NCBI GenBank assembly: GCA_964016885.1
Contig: OZ024743.1
Location: 226,734,001 to 226,798,000 of the forward strand
Direction: 5' to 3'
Length of the DNA: 64,000 nt
Origin: Eledone cirrhosa
Taxonomy: Eukaryota
The notes under the pieces: generated by a model
What the model was told of the DNA's origin: nothing
Database searches by the model: none
Seen by the model: only the letters and a program-made list of their open reading frames with translations
In this document: in pieces, positions 25,033-37,941 of the stretch
Position numbering within the stretch: the first letter of the stretch is position 1
Layout: every line of letters begins with the position of its first letter
Translations under genes and position numbers: made by a program

Positions 25033-25484
25033 TATATATATATATATATATGTGTGTATATATGTATATATATATATATATATATATACAGAGAGAGAGA
25101 GAGAGTGAGAGGGGGGCTGAGAGAGACATATTACATATACGCTTACACATACATACACGCACATACACAGACAAATATGCACATCATATACACATCCATA
25201 CTTGCACACTTTATATAGATTGAAATCGAAGAGAAATCAATATTGACACAATTGATAATCAAAATATGTTTTGTTTTCTTCCTTTGTTATTGTGTTTCAA
25301 ATAATCGTATTCGTTACTTTCGGGGATTTTCTCGTATCAAATCATCGATAACTACATGATAAATACAATAGGAAAAAAAACCCCTGAAAACAGAGAAAGA
25401 ATGTTTTATAATGTATAAGAAAAATGTAGTAAAACACATCGCCGCTCTTCTCTCTCTCTCTCTCTACCGGTATATGTGTATTTG

Positions 25485-25517
<33 letters not shown>

Positions 25518-25521
25518 TGTG

Positions 25522-25556
<35 letters not shown>

Positions 25557-25594
25557 ATGTGTATTTATGTATGTGCATGGATTTAGATGAATGG

Positions 25595-25676
<82 letters not shown>

Positions 25677-25710
25677 GTATATATATTTGTATATATACAT
25701 ATATATACAT

Positions 25711-25757
<47 letters not shown>

Positions 25758-25810
25758 CATTCATCTAAATCCATATATGTATGTATATACATATATATGT
25801 ATGTATATAC

Positions 25811-25841
<31 letters not shown>

Positions 25842-25893
25842 TAAGTATTGAAATTTCCGTTGGAAACAGAAAATGTCATAGAAATGAAGAGTG

Positions 25894-25939
<46 letters not shown>

Positions 25940-25949
25940 ATACTCATAC

Positions 25950-25982
<33 letters not shown>

Positions 25983-26250
25983 TGTATGTGTATATATATA
26001 TATATATATAGATAGATATAGATATATAGATATATGAATAAATGTAATCTGAGTTTTTCGAATATTAATAATAACATTCGGTTCGTATGCAATTATGCAA
26101 ACAACCCACATTTTGTATATATACATAGATGTACACACACACACATACATATATACATATATATATATATCTTAAAGAAGGGAGATAATTATTTTGTAAT
26201 GTTTGTAATGTCAAGCTCTCTTTGTCATCTTTCATCTATATATATATATG

Positions 26251-26318
<68 letters not shown>

Positions 26319-26374
26319 TATATATATATATATGCATATATATATATATGCATTCATATATGTATATATATATA

Positions 26375-26511
<137 letters not shown>

Positions 26512-26567
26512 AAGCAGAAAATGTGAGAAGTATAGAGGAAGTAATAATAATATATATATATATATAT

Positions 26568-26892
26568 TAGAAAGTGAGGTTTTTTTTACAAAATGAAAAA
26601 TAACCGAGGTGTCCTACACGAGTGAAAGTATAAAGAAAAAGAGATGAAATCGAAAATGCAACTGGTGTCTTATTTTTAAAAAATATATATATATTTATTT
26701 GGTTCCTTTACACGGTTTCGCAGTTCTTCTGCTTTTCTAAAGGTGAGTTGAGATGGAGAGTCTGTGCTCAACCCTCCTTTTGAAAAGCAGAAGAACTGCG
26801 AAACCGGTAAAGGAACCAAATAATTATATATATTTAAAAAAAAAATAAGACTCCAGTTGCATTTTCGATTTCATCTCTTTTTCTTTATTTAT
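26568..26892. mobile_element. Short palindromic PLE-like element, family B
   Basis: Arms ~26630-26743 and 26776-26892, left-only tail 26568-26629, (TA)n flanks. Confidence 0.75.
26775..26814 (+). ncRNA. Minimal hammerhead, U3:A8 variant, palindromic stem III
   Basis: UCCUU-UUGAAAA-GCAG aagaa CUGC-GAAA-CCGG-UA/AAGGA. Confidence 0.7.
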
Positions 26893-26929
26893 ATATTTAT
26901 ATATATATATATATATATGCATTCATATA

Positions 26930-27001
<72 letters not shown>

Positions 27002-27243
27002 CATCTATAACCCGCTCTCTCTCTCTGCATCTATGTACCTGTTATTTTTGTAGTAATTAATTCTTACATCAATAGGGTGTATGCAGCGTTGATGAATATA
27101 AAAAACAATCTTATCAACTGTTTGGTCCCGTATTCGATATCACGGCGTGGTGTCCTGAGCAAATGTCATTTACTACAACTTCATATCGATCCATTTCCTT
27201 GTGAGTCAAATAGGTAAATGAAATCAGATCATGTCGCAATTAG

Positions 27244-27365
<122 letters not shown>

Positions 27366-27924
27366 TTATATATATATATAACAGAGTGTTGCAGTTTGCT
27401 TGAAGCATTGCTGAATAGGAAACACAAATTTAAATAATGCTGAAAACCAAACAATACGCTAGAATTAAAATTAAATTTGCTACGATAACAAAAGCATTTT
27501 GCCTTATGATATCTATATATATATGTATGCATGTATCATTATGAAGTATGTGAAATAACAAAATTCGTAAATGTTCCAGATTAGATACTTTGTAATAATG
27601 AGTTACTACTATTTGTCACGTCTTAATTTCGATACAGGTTCAGAAAATATGCCATTTGTATAATGGGGTTAATATATCAATTATAATATCTTCCTTATCT
27701 CCCTTCTTCTAATTTCTCTCTTCTTTTATCTTTCCTTCACCACTATATTATTTCTATGTCTCACTCTGTCTCTTTCCATCCAATCTCTCTCCTTTTTGCG
27801 TTCTCTTACTCTCACTTTTTCTACTCCCCCGCCCCCCTCTTTCTCTCTCTCTACACACACACGGTTAAACCAATGTGGAATGGAATGAACTTTTTTTAGC
27901 CTCGCCAATTAGTGTCCCAGTTGT

Positions 27925-28195
27925 TCGATCAACGGAACTGCTTCTCCATTAAACTGATGCGTAGGTGGCTGAGCATTCTACAGACACTTTAAACCTTAAC
28001 GGTATTCTGAAGGAGAATCCTTGCATGACAATAATTGCCTTTGAATCATAAGAATCATAAGTATGCCACTTTTTGCTAGCTGACTCTACTGGAGCAACCT
28101 AAAATAAAGTGATTTCTCAAAGACATAACGCACTACTCGCTCTAAGAATCGAACATGCGGGACAAAATAACCACTAAGCCAAGCACCTTCACACG
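27925..28195 (-). mobile_element. SINE family 2 copy
   Basis: Minus strand TGGCTTAGTGG A box, GTTCGATTC B box, then GTCTTTGAGAAATCACTTTA core. Confidence 0.65.
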
Positions 28196-30632
28196 CACAC
28201 TCATAAGTGTGTGTGTACGTCTGTATATCTGTGGTGGTGGGGTGGTTTCGGTTTTATTAGGGTTGGGGAATCAAATCACACTGATAAAATCATTTTCGGT
28301 ATTATTTAAAATCTTTAAATAGATTAAGTTCACAATCAAATATGTTATATTTAACCATTAGAAAACGACCGATAATTGCATTTAATTCGTTCTTAATATA
28401 TCAAGAAGCAGGAATTAGTCCATATCTTGGTTTCAAGTTACATCATGTGTTTTTGCCAATAATTGTTACCTCATCAATATATATTTTTGATTTCTTTTAT
28501 TTAATTCATTTTTAGTTTAGTTTGTATTTTGTTTTGTTTTACATTATATGAAATTAAACGTTGGAACGGTTTTAGAAATTCAAAAATATTGACAGAAGAA
28601 AATGCTAAAATTTAATTCGAGAACTTGCAATATATTTATTTTTACATTTTAATTTCATTATTATCAATATCATTCTTTCTTTTCTTTTTTTTTCGAAAAC
28701 GAGAAAAAATACGAAGCATATGAAAACGATATATCAAAATACAGTAAATGAAGAAATCATTAAAATGTTTTTTCTTCTTTTTAATTCTCAGTATCGTATA
28801 ATTTTTGGCATTATATCAATTGGTTTTATTTATATACATGGGCACAGGCCTAGATGTAAAGTTAAGAAAAACATTTTGCAACTAAGTGATTCCTTATCTG
28901 ATCCTATTGCTCGATACTTTGGACGCAAGTATGTACCGTAGATGCCAAGGCTCGCGAAATAATAATGCTTTCAAGGAAAAGCTGCTTCTTCACTGACGGC
29001 AATGAATGAGTAGAAAAGATCAGCTAAAACGTTTATCGGGTAAGACGTGTGTAATTAGATTAGATTATAGCTATTAGACACGTTTGGTGGCTTACACATT
29101 GACGACGTTCTATCGATCTTAAGGAGTGATTTACTTCGAATCTTTAAATCATTCGGCTTAAAAAATATTATAAACACTAAATTAACTACTGTAAATGTTA
29201 TCTCAATAGATATACATAATACGTCTACTTAATTACCTTTCCCAAGACCCGCACAAACTTGACAATACGTCATTAGTTAAGATTTAAGCCATCGATTTAA
29301 TTCAATCTGTAAACACATTTTTTATGCAATGGACGTGAATAAAACGAAAGAAATAACTAAAATGATAATTGATCCAACACCACACATGACAAATGAATTT
29401 TGACATGATTCGAACCAATTTCCATTGAACAGTAAACATAATAAACATTATCAGCTTAGCCAAGCCTTCATTCCACGATCACAAATGCCTAGAAGTTACG
29501 ATAACAATTTTACCATAAAATATAATAAAAATAAAATATAAAAAAAAATGCATTAAATATTTGGTTAATTTTTGGAAAAGAATATTTCAGGCAAAAAAGT
29601 TAAAACGGTCTATCTAATAGTCAAGGGTAACCAATTAGATTAGCTAATTTAGACAAAAATGAAAAAATTTAATATTTTATTATTAGAAACTAAAATTCTG
29701 TGCTTAAACGTGTTTTTTAATTTGAATTTTTAATATAATTGTTCGTCTTGTTCCAAATCTAACGCTCTTTTGTTGCTTTTAGCTTTCTTATAATTATTGT
29801 ATAATATTTTCTAGTACTTTTTCATTTGTATTAGTATTATTATTATCATCACCATCATCATTATAATCGCCATCATCGTGGCCCTCCATTAGCACTATCT
29901 TCAACTTTATAGCTATCATCACCATCGTTATTACGGCCATCATCACCACCCCACCACTACCACCACATCACCTTTACTGATGGGTTATTTTCTTTGTTTC
30001 TCTTGTTGTTGCGCTTGTTGCTTTTTTTTAGATGTAGTTGGAGTTGTTTTTTTTGTTGTTGTTGTTGTTGTCGTTGTTATTGTTATTTGTACTATTACTG
30101 TACTGGAGCCGATTTTTAGTTCCAAATCCTCCGATAGACATATGATCTAAAATCCTCCACCAGTAACTATCCTCTATTTTATCTAATGTGACATTTCATT
30201 TTTAAAACAATAGGATAAAATTTGACTGCCATTTCTAACAAATTGAGTGAATATGTAAAGGCATACCCTCGCTGTTTTCCCCAGTTGTTGTTGCTACTGC
30301 TGTATATGAGATTTAGCTACTATATTTAACAAATTGTGTGATCACATTAAGGCTCTTTCTCTCCATCTTTCTCTATCTTAGTCGCGCTTGTTGTTATTAA
30401 CTTGTGGTACTTAACTGCATTTATTAATTTTGTTGTAAAAGTTTCTGCTGTTTCTTATTTGCTATTGATGATGTTGTTTCTCAATTTGTATGTGCCTTTC
30501 CTCTTGTGATGTTTTATGACGTTACTTGACTGGTAATTCTAACAGATCGATCTGATTTTTCATACGATCTGAATCCTTACAATAAACTGTATCATATATA
30601 ATTCTAATTTTATTATTAATTAGCTTCAATAT

Positions 30633-30822
30633 AATTGTTTCTACGTTTGGCACAAGACCAGCAATTACCCAGCACATTACTGGTACATTATTTTATCGAC
30701 CCCTTAAGGATGAAAGGCAAAGTTTACCTCGGCGGGATTTGAACTTAGTCTGTAAAGAGAAGTAACTCTATGCTGGAAAGCATAGTTTCTGACTTTCTGT
30801 TGATACTGCCAATCCACCGCCC
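30633..30822 (-). mobile_element. SINE family 1 copy
   Basis: Reverse complement of the family 1 motifs. Confidence 0.8.
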
Positions 30823-31505
30823 GCAATCGGTAGTATGGTCGACAAATAGATAAATGTGCATTTAGTTACGTACAATTTATATTTTGTAACTGAGTTAACC
30901 TTTCATCTCCCTAACACAACCAAAAGAAGAAAAACTATGAACATATATACACTGGAAACAAATAACTTGTCTAAACTCTTCTCACGAAATGTGTGCCAAT
31001 GTGACAACAGTAGAAGTCAATGCGCAACCCAACCGGTGTGTTTGAAATATACATTAGATCCAGTTAACACTTCGGAGGATGTCAGCACTAAGCAGATGAT
31101 AGGCATATGACAGGCATAGTTTCTTCTAAACAGGTCTCTGATTTAAGGTATGTCAGGATTTCCCCCAGAAGACTGAAGAATTCGACACCGTTGTTAAATA
31201 TGAATTAAGAGCGACGTAGAAATAAGTGTGTCGCTGTGAGATATAAAAGAACGCCTACAGTGAGATATGAATTGTTCAGTATATTTGGTACTGGGTCACT
31301 TGTGTCAATTTATATACCGTATCCGTATGTGTTAAGCTTTTAAGTCTCTCCCATCAGAGTTATGGACTACGGGTTTGCTTCAACAGAATTAAAGTTAACA
31401 GTTAGGTACGAAAATAAACAAGTATAACAACACAACATAAGCATGAACAAAGAACTCAAACAATATTAGCAGCAAACAAGATTAGATCAGTACGAAATTG
31501 CAAAC

Positions 31506-31559
<54 letters not shown>

Positions 31560-31648
31560 ATTTGTATATATGTATATCTATATATATATTTGTATATATG
31601 TATATCTATGTATATTTGTATATATGTATATCTATATATATATATATT

Positions 31649-31710
<62 letters not shown>

Positions 31711-32386
31711 AAGCGGTTCATATATACTCGTTGTTCTCCAGGACCTTAGCTTAAATATGTGTTTCCTTCCAGTTGAGTACTTAAATCCACCGCGTCAACT
31801 CTCTCAAAACTGACAGATTCTGTGTTTTGAAACTAGAATTCTGTCATGTTGCCATGGAATGACAGCAGAAAACAATTGCTGTTAACAAATCTCTCCAACT
31901 TCAAAGAAGAATTGTTTCCCCATTATCGTGAAGAATCTTCTTTCTAAGAATTATTCTCTTCCAGACCTCTATGGATTCAAACTTATTTCTTTAAAATCAT
32001 TCCCTCAGTAATCTATTTACAGCATCTTAGATTCTAATTTAAGATTAAAGTTGCATTTCTACAATAATTCCAAGTTTTAATATAAAATTGATAATACGAG
32101 GATATATTTTCTAATATACGAAATTTAATTCTAAAGCCTGTCCAAAATAAAAAAAAAAAGACGTAAAAGACACAAAACAAAATATAAACATAAATGAAAA
32201 GAAAAGGAGAAAATAACATCTTTACATAAATTAAGATTTTGGTCTAAAATTATTAAGGAAAAACGTATTTTGAGAAATTACAATTTTCCTCTACGAGTTA
32301 ATAAGAAATATGTTCTAAAATTGAACGTTGCTTCTAAAGCAGATTAGTGTGTATTTGCCAAAATTAGTCTTGTTGCTTTGTCTCAT

Positions 32387-32416
32387 ACTAATAACAAATC
32401 GATACTTTGTAATAAG

Positions 32417-32480
<64 letters not shown>

Positions 32481-33733
32481 TTAAGGATACTATTTATGGT
32501 TATGTATATACTAAAACTTTTTATAGTTATATATATTTTAAACCATAAACAGTGAAAGACAGTAATTTATTACTACCTTATTACCAGTAAGATAAATAGC
32601 TCAATGTAATAACATCAGTTGTTCTACAGAGCAGTTATATAGAAATCACATGAATTAAAGTTCTGTTCAAACCATTTATTAGCTTACAATTGTTTCGTCC
32701 AAACCTAGGTTTGATTCTTCGGAGCAATTTTTCAATGATTGTTTACATACATGACCTCCTTTCCAACACAAGAGACATACAGATACATATGTATATATCG
32801 ATGCACAGTGGGGTGACATCCATTATAATATGTTTGCATGGCAATTTAAATTCAAAAATTAAAATCATATTGAAACAAAAATTAAAGTTAAAATACAACA
32901 TCGGCAGTTTACAAAGATAATGCAAGAGGACAGCCTGTTAGTCAATTGAAGTAGTTATTCATGCAATAGTTACACGTGGGTTATGCACGTGAGTCTTATT
33001 TATATAAGATTATTGTGCGGCAGGGTGTTATATGCAATACAAGCACTTTAAGCGGGTAATCAAGAGTATTATGGGGGTTGTATTGGTAAAGTATTTTTTA
33101 TGTATGATAAAGAAGCTTGTGTGCAGAGAAATACTATAAATGAGAAGCAAAACAATGTTATGGTTTTTGTATACACCACCATTTTCACAATCCAGGAAAC
33201 GTAATATATAGATTATATGTCCTTCACATAATTAACGAGGATTCAGTATTGGATGTTTGATGTATTAAGTTAGATTATTACAGCTTGTTGCGGCTCAGTG
33301 TTCTTTAATCCAATTCTATAGAGCAGGTTGTTTTTGTTGCGAGAATTTACATCGTTTTATTTTCCGGAAGTCACTACTTCAAATGACTAACAGGCTGTCC
33401 TCTTGTATCTTCGTAAACTGCCGATGTTGTATGTTAACTTTAATTTTTGTTTTAATATGATTTTAATTTTTGAATTTAAATTGCCATGCAAAAATATTAT
33501 AATGGATATCACCCCACTGTGCATCGATATATACATATGTTTCTGTATGTCTCTTGTGTTGGAAAGGAGGTCATGTATGTAAACAATCATTGAAAAATTG
33601 CTCCGAAGAGGCAAACCTCGGTTTGGACGAAACAATTGTAAGCTAATAAATGGTTTGAACAGAACTTTGATTTATGTGATTTCTCTATATATATATATTA
33701 CTTATTACAAAGTATCGATTTGTTATTGGTATA
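32387..33733. mobile_element. Palindromic PLE-like element, family D
   Basis: Arms ~32640-32957 and 33372-33690, plus outer arms 32387-32420 and 33695-33733. ~415-bp spacer. Each inner arm has a hammerhead motif. Confidence 0.75.
33600..33643 (+). ncRNA. Minimal hammerhead-like motif, U4C variant (mirror at 32682-32725, minus)
   Basis: GCU-CCGAAGA-G..AAACC..GGUUU..C-GAAA-CAAUUG-UA/AGC, with palindromic ACAAUUGU. Confidence 0.6.
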
Positions 33734-33863
33734 TATACACACATATATATATTTGTTATTGGTATATACTACGCATATATATATATGTGTGTGAATTTAT
33801 ATGTTTGTATGTATTTAGGTAAGTGTGTAATAAATGATACACACACACACATATATATATAAT

Positions 33864-34482
33864 ACATTATAAAGAAAGAAGAAACATTAGATATAATTAA
33901 TAAGATATACCATACCCAAATTCCTTCGTTACTCCTCGACTACGTAGTTTCGTGGCATATTATGCAAAAACACTACATCACAGAGATATAGTATTTTTGT
34001 GAGGTTTGCCGACTTATCAAGAGGATACCTCATTAAGAGTTTCAAAACACATCCGTAGGACGCGAGATAGAATCCCGAAAGTCGGAGGGGAAGTCAGTCA
34101 CGTGATACAGCGGTCAAGAAACAGAGCTAAGGCTCTTACAACCATGAACAAAATACCACAAAGGCGGAGAGGATACTTATATCAAAGCCGTAGAAGAGAT
34201 GGCTAGGATGGCGAGAAGTATGAGTAATGATAGCTTTCCAGCAGTCACTACACTTCAATGGTTACTCTACCATATGGAGTTATAAACAATATAAAGAAAT
34301 ACACAGATACATGCGGACACATACATATACATGAATATATACACATATATCCATGAATTTGTGGTGCCAACCTCAACCGTTGTTGCTCTATGAGTAACTG
34401 GGACAAATAATCCGAATGGATCAGATTGATTCAGTATCAGAGCTATATAAAACATTATAAAGAAAGAAGAAACATTAGATAT
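33864..34482 (-). mobile_element. Terminally redundant element with degenerate hammerhead
   Basis: 31-bp direct repeat at 33864-33894 and 34452-34482. Minus strand 33934-33987 has GAAA-CUACGUAG-UC/GAG with a decayed CUGANGA box. Confidence 0.5.
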
Positions 34483-34483
34483 G

Positions 34484-34551
<68 letters not shown>

Positions 34552-35065
34552 TAAACGGAATAGAAAATGCTGACAAATTGTTCACAGTTGAAAAATGGTT
34601 TAATTAGGAATAAAAGAGTATTAGTGATTGTATGGGTTAGTATTCAGTTGTGGTTTTAAGTTTTTAAGTTTTTCCGGTTGCGCATTTCTAAATGCTTTTC
34701 AAAAATAATTTTGAGATAGAGTGTCCGTGCTGTTTGCTCTGATCTGATTAGTTTTGGGAATTCTACCTGTTTTTATGTTAAAAAAGTGGCTCCAGCGTCA
34801 TTTTTGTGTTGCAAAAATGCTTGTGGTCAAAACAATTTTGATTGGTCGGTAGAGGTCATGTGAATGCAAAAAGTTGATTTTGCGCCAAGACTGTTTTTAT
34901 GTTAAAATGTTAAAAAAGTGGCTCCAGCAAAAATTATTGGTCAAAACAATTTTGATTGGTCGGTAGAGGTCATGTGGATAAAAAATTGGTTTTGCGCCAA
35001 GATTGAGAAATGACTCTTTCACAACAAATATGTGTGTGTGTGTGTGTATGTGTGTGTGTGTGTGT

Positions 35066-35133
<68 letters not shown>

Positions 35134-35535
35134 AGTAGTAGTAGTAAGGTGTTCGATGCTGCGACAATGGCCAGCAGCGATGTGTGTCAAATGGCTATTA
35201 AGATAAGTGTGTGTGTGTGTGTGTGTGTATATAGCAGAGTCATTCGAAGGTCAAAAGATATTTTTCAGCTTTTGTCTTATACGGAGAAGTGCGTGTGTGT
35301 GTGTGTATAAGTCTCTTTGTATGTTGATGTACGCGTGTGTATGTGTTTGTGTATATATGTGTATGTGTGTGTGTGTGTGTGTGTGGGTGGACCAGTATTT
35401 TTTCCCCCTGGTAAAATGGTGTACATTATTCGATTTTTTCAGTAAAATCGGTTCTCTTAATAGAACATCAAAAATCTTAACAATAAAAGGTGTGAAATGA
35501 TATTCACTATATATATATACACACATACATACATT

Positions 35536-35576
<41 letters not shown>

Positions 35577-35718
35577 TACATACATATATATGCACATATA
35601 TTTTTTTGTATTGCACCATAGAGCATGTGTGTTTACGTGTGTCATTGTGTTTATATGTGGGTAGAGATGTGTGTTGATGTAGGTATGTATGTTGACGTGT
35701 GTATGTTGTGGGTTCGTC

Positions 35719-36318
35719 TTAGGGAGAAGTGTTTAGACGCGGTCCGTATTTGTTAATGAAGTAAGATTCCTTGCTGATGCGCCGGGTGTGGGTGGCATTA
35801 TCTTTAAATTTGTAGAGGGGAAAGATTCTGAAGTTGGGATGATTTTGGGCGGCACAGGTATCAATGTGTTCACTCAGTGGTATTTTCCTGTATTCCCGTA
35901 TTTTAATTTGGGATCTATGGACAGTCATGCGTTGGCGGAGGCTGTTTTTGGTCTGGCCTATGTATTGTTCTCGACAACCTGAACAAGTTAATACATATAT
36001 TAGATTTTCCGATGCACATGTGAAATTGTGTTTTACTATAAAACGTTGTCCATCTTTGAAATAGAATTCCGAACCCTCTATTAGGTTGATGCAAATGCCA
36101 CAGTTGGGTCTATCGCATTTGTTTACTGTGGGTTTCGTTGTTGTGGTTGGCAGTACTTTGGCATGTGTTAAGATGTTTTTCATTGACTTGGATTGTCTTT
36201 TGCTCTTTATGATATCGTGTGTTCGTAGAATTTGGTTCATTCTATGGTCCTTTTTCAATACAGGAATGTTCTGGAGGATGGTGTCAAAGGCCTCATTGTT
36301 GAGGGGGTTGTGTGTGTA
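35719..36318 (-). pseudogene. 5'-truncated PLE ORF: linker zinc finger + GIY-YIG endonuclease
   Basis: THNPLNNEAFDTILQNIPVL...CDRPNCGIC...FTCASENLIYVLTCSGCREQYIGQTKNSLRQRMTVHR...ESYFINKYGPRLN. The upstream part of the listed ORF is antisense read-through of the other arm. Confidence 0.85.
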
Positions 36319-36886
36319 TGACACCATCCTCCAGAACATCCCTGTATTGAAAAAGGACCATAGAATGAACCAAATTCTACGAACACACGATATCATAAAG
36401 AGCAAAAGACAATCCAAGTCAATGAAAAACATCTTAACACATGCCAAAGTACTGCCAACCACAACAACGAAACCCACAGTAAAAACATGCGATAGACCCA
36501 ACTGTGGCATTTCCATCAACCTAATAGAGGGTTCGGAATTCTATTTCAAAGATGGACAACGTTTTATAGTAAAACACAATTTCACATGTGCATCGGAAAA
36601 TCTAATATATGTATTAACTTGTTCAGGTTGTCGAGAACAATACATAGGCCAGACCAAAAACAGCCTCCGCCAACGCATGACTGTCCATAGATCCCAAATT
36701 AAAATACGGGAATACAGGAAAATACCACTGAGTGAACACATTGATACCTGTGCCGCCCAAAATCATCCCAACTTCAGAATCTTTCCCCTCTACAAATTTA
36801 AAGATAATGCCACCCACACCCGGCGCATCAGCAAGGAATCTTACTTCATTAACAAATACGGACCGCATCTAAACACTTCTCCCTAA
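36319..36886 (+). pseudogene. Mirror copy of the truncated PLE GIY-YIG ORF
   Basis: Same protein with few substitutions (e.g. CGIC to CGIS, PRLN to PHLN). Confidence 0.85.
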
Positions 36887-37372
36887 GACGAACCCACAAC
36901 ATACACACGTCAACATACATACCTACATCAGCACACATCTCTACCCACATATAAACACAATGACACACGTAAACACACATGCTCTATGGTGCAATACAAA
37001 AAAATATATGTGCATATATATGTATGTATATATGTATATATATATATATATATATATGTAGTGAATGTATGTATGTGTGTATATATATATATTGAATATC
37101 ATTTCACACCTTTTATTGTTAAGATTTTTGATGTTCTATTAAGAGAACCGATTTTACTGAAAAGATCGAATAATGTACACCATTTTACCAGGGGGAAAAA
37201 AATACTGGTCCACCCACACACACACACACACACACATACACATATATACACAAACACATACACACGCGTACATCAACATACAAAGAGACTTATACACACA
37301 CACACACACACACGCACTTCTCCGTATAAGACAAAAGCTGAAAAATATCTTTTGACCTACGAATGACTCTGC

Positions 37373-37405
<33 letters not shown>

Positions 37406-37480
37406 TTATCTTAATAGCCATTTGACACACATCGCTGCTGGCCATTGTCGCAGCATCGAACACCTTACTACTACTACTAT

Positions 37481-37532
<52 letters not shown>

Positions 37533-37904
37533 GCATACACACACACACACACACACACACATACACACACACACACACATATTTGTTGTGAAAGAGTCAT
37601 TTCTCAATCTTGGCGCAAAACCAATTTTTTATCCACATGACCTCTACCGACCAATCAAAATTGTTTTGACCAATAATTTTTGCTGGAGCCACTTTTTTAA
37701 CATTTTAACATAAAAACAGTCTTGGCGCAAAATCAACTTTTTACATTCACATGACCTCTACCGACCAATCAAAATTGTTTTGACCACAAGCATTTTTGCA
37801 ACACAAAAATAACGCTGGAGCCACTTTTTTAACATAAAAACAGGTAGAATTCCCAAAACTAATCAGATCAGAGCAAACAGCACGGACACTCTATCTCAAA
37901 ATTA

Positions 37905-37941
37905 TTTTTGAAAAGCATTTAGAAATGCGCAACCGGTAAAA
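37905..37941 (+). ncRNA. Hammerhead-like motif, U3:A8 + A13C (copies at 34669-34707 minus, 40464-40500 plus)
   Basis: UUU-UUGAAAA-GCAUUU ag AAAUGC-GCAA-CCGG-UA/AAA. Confidence 0.5.

Noticed and set aside
31320-31375. Possible minus-strand hammerhead (CTGATGG...AAAAGCTT)
   Set aside because: Core and stems are too degenerate to support.
36086-36318. Hydrophobic N-terminus of the 266-aa ORFs as a signal or membrane domain
   Set aside because: It is antisense read-through of the opposite palindrome arm.
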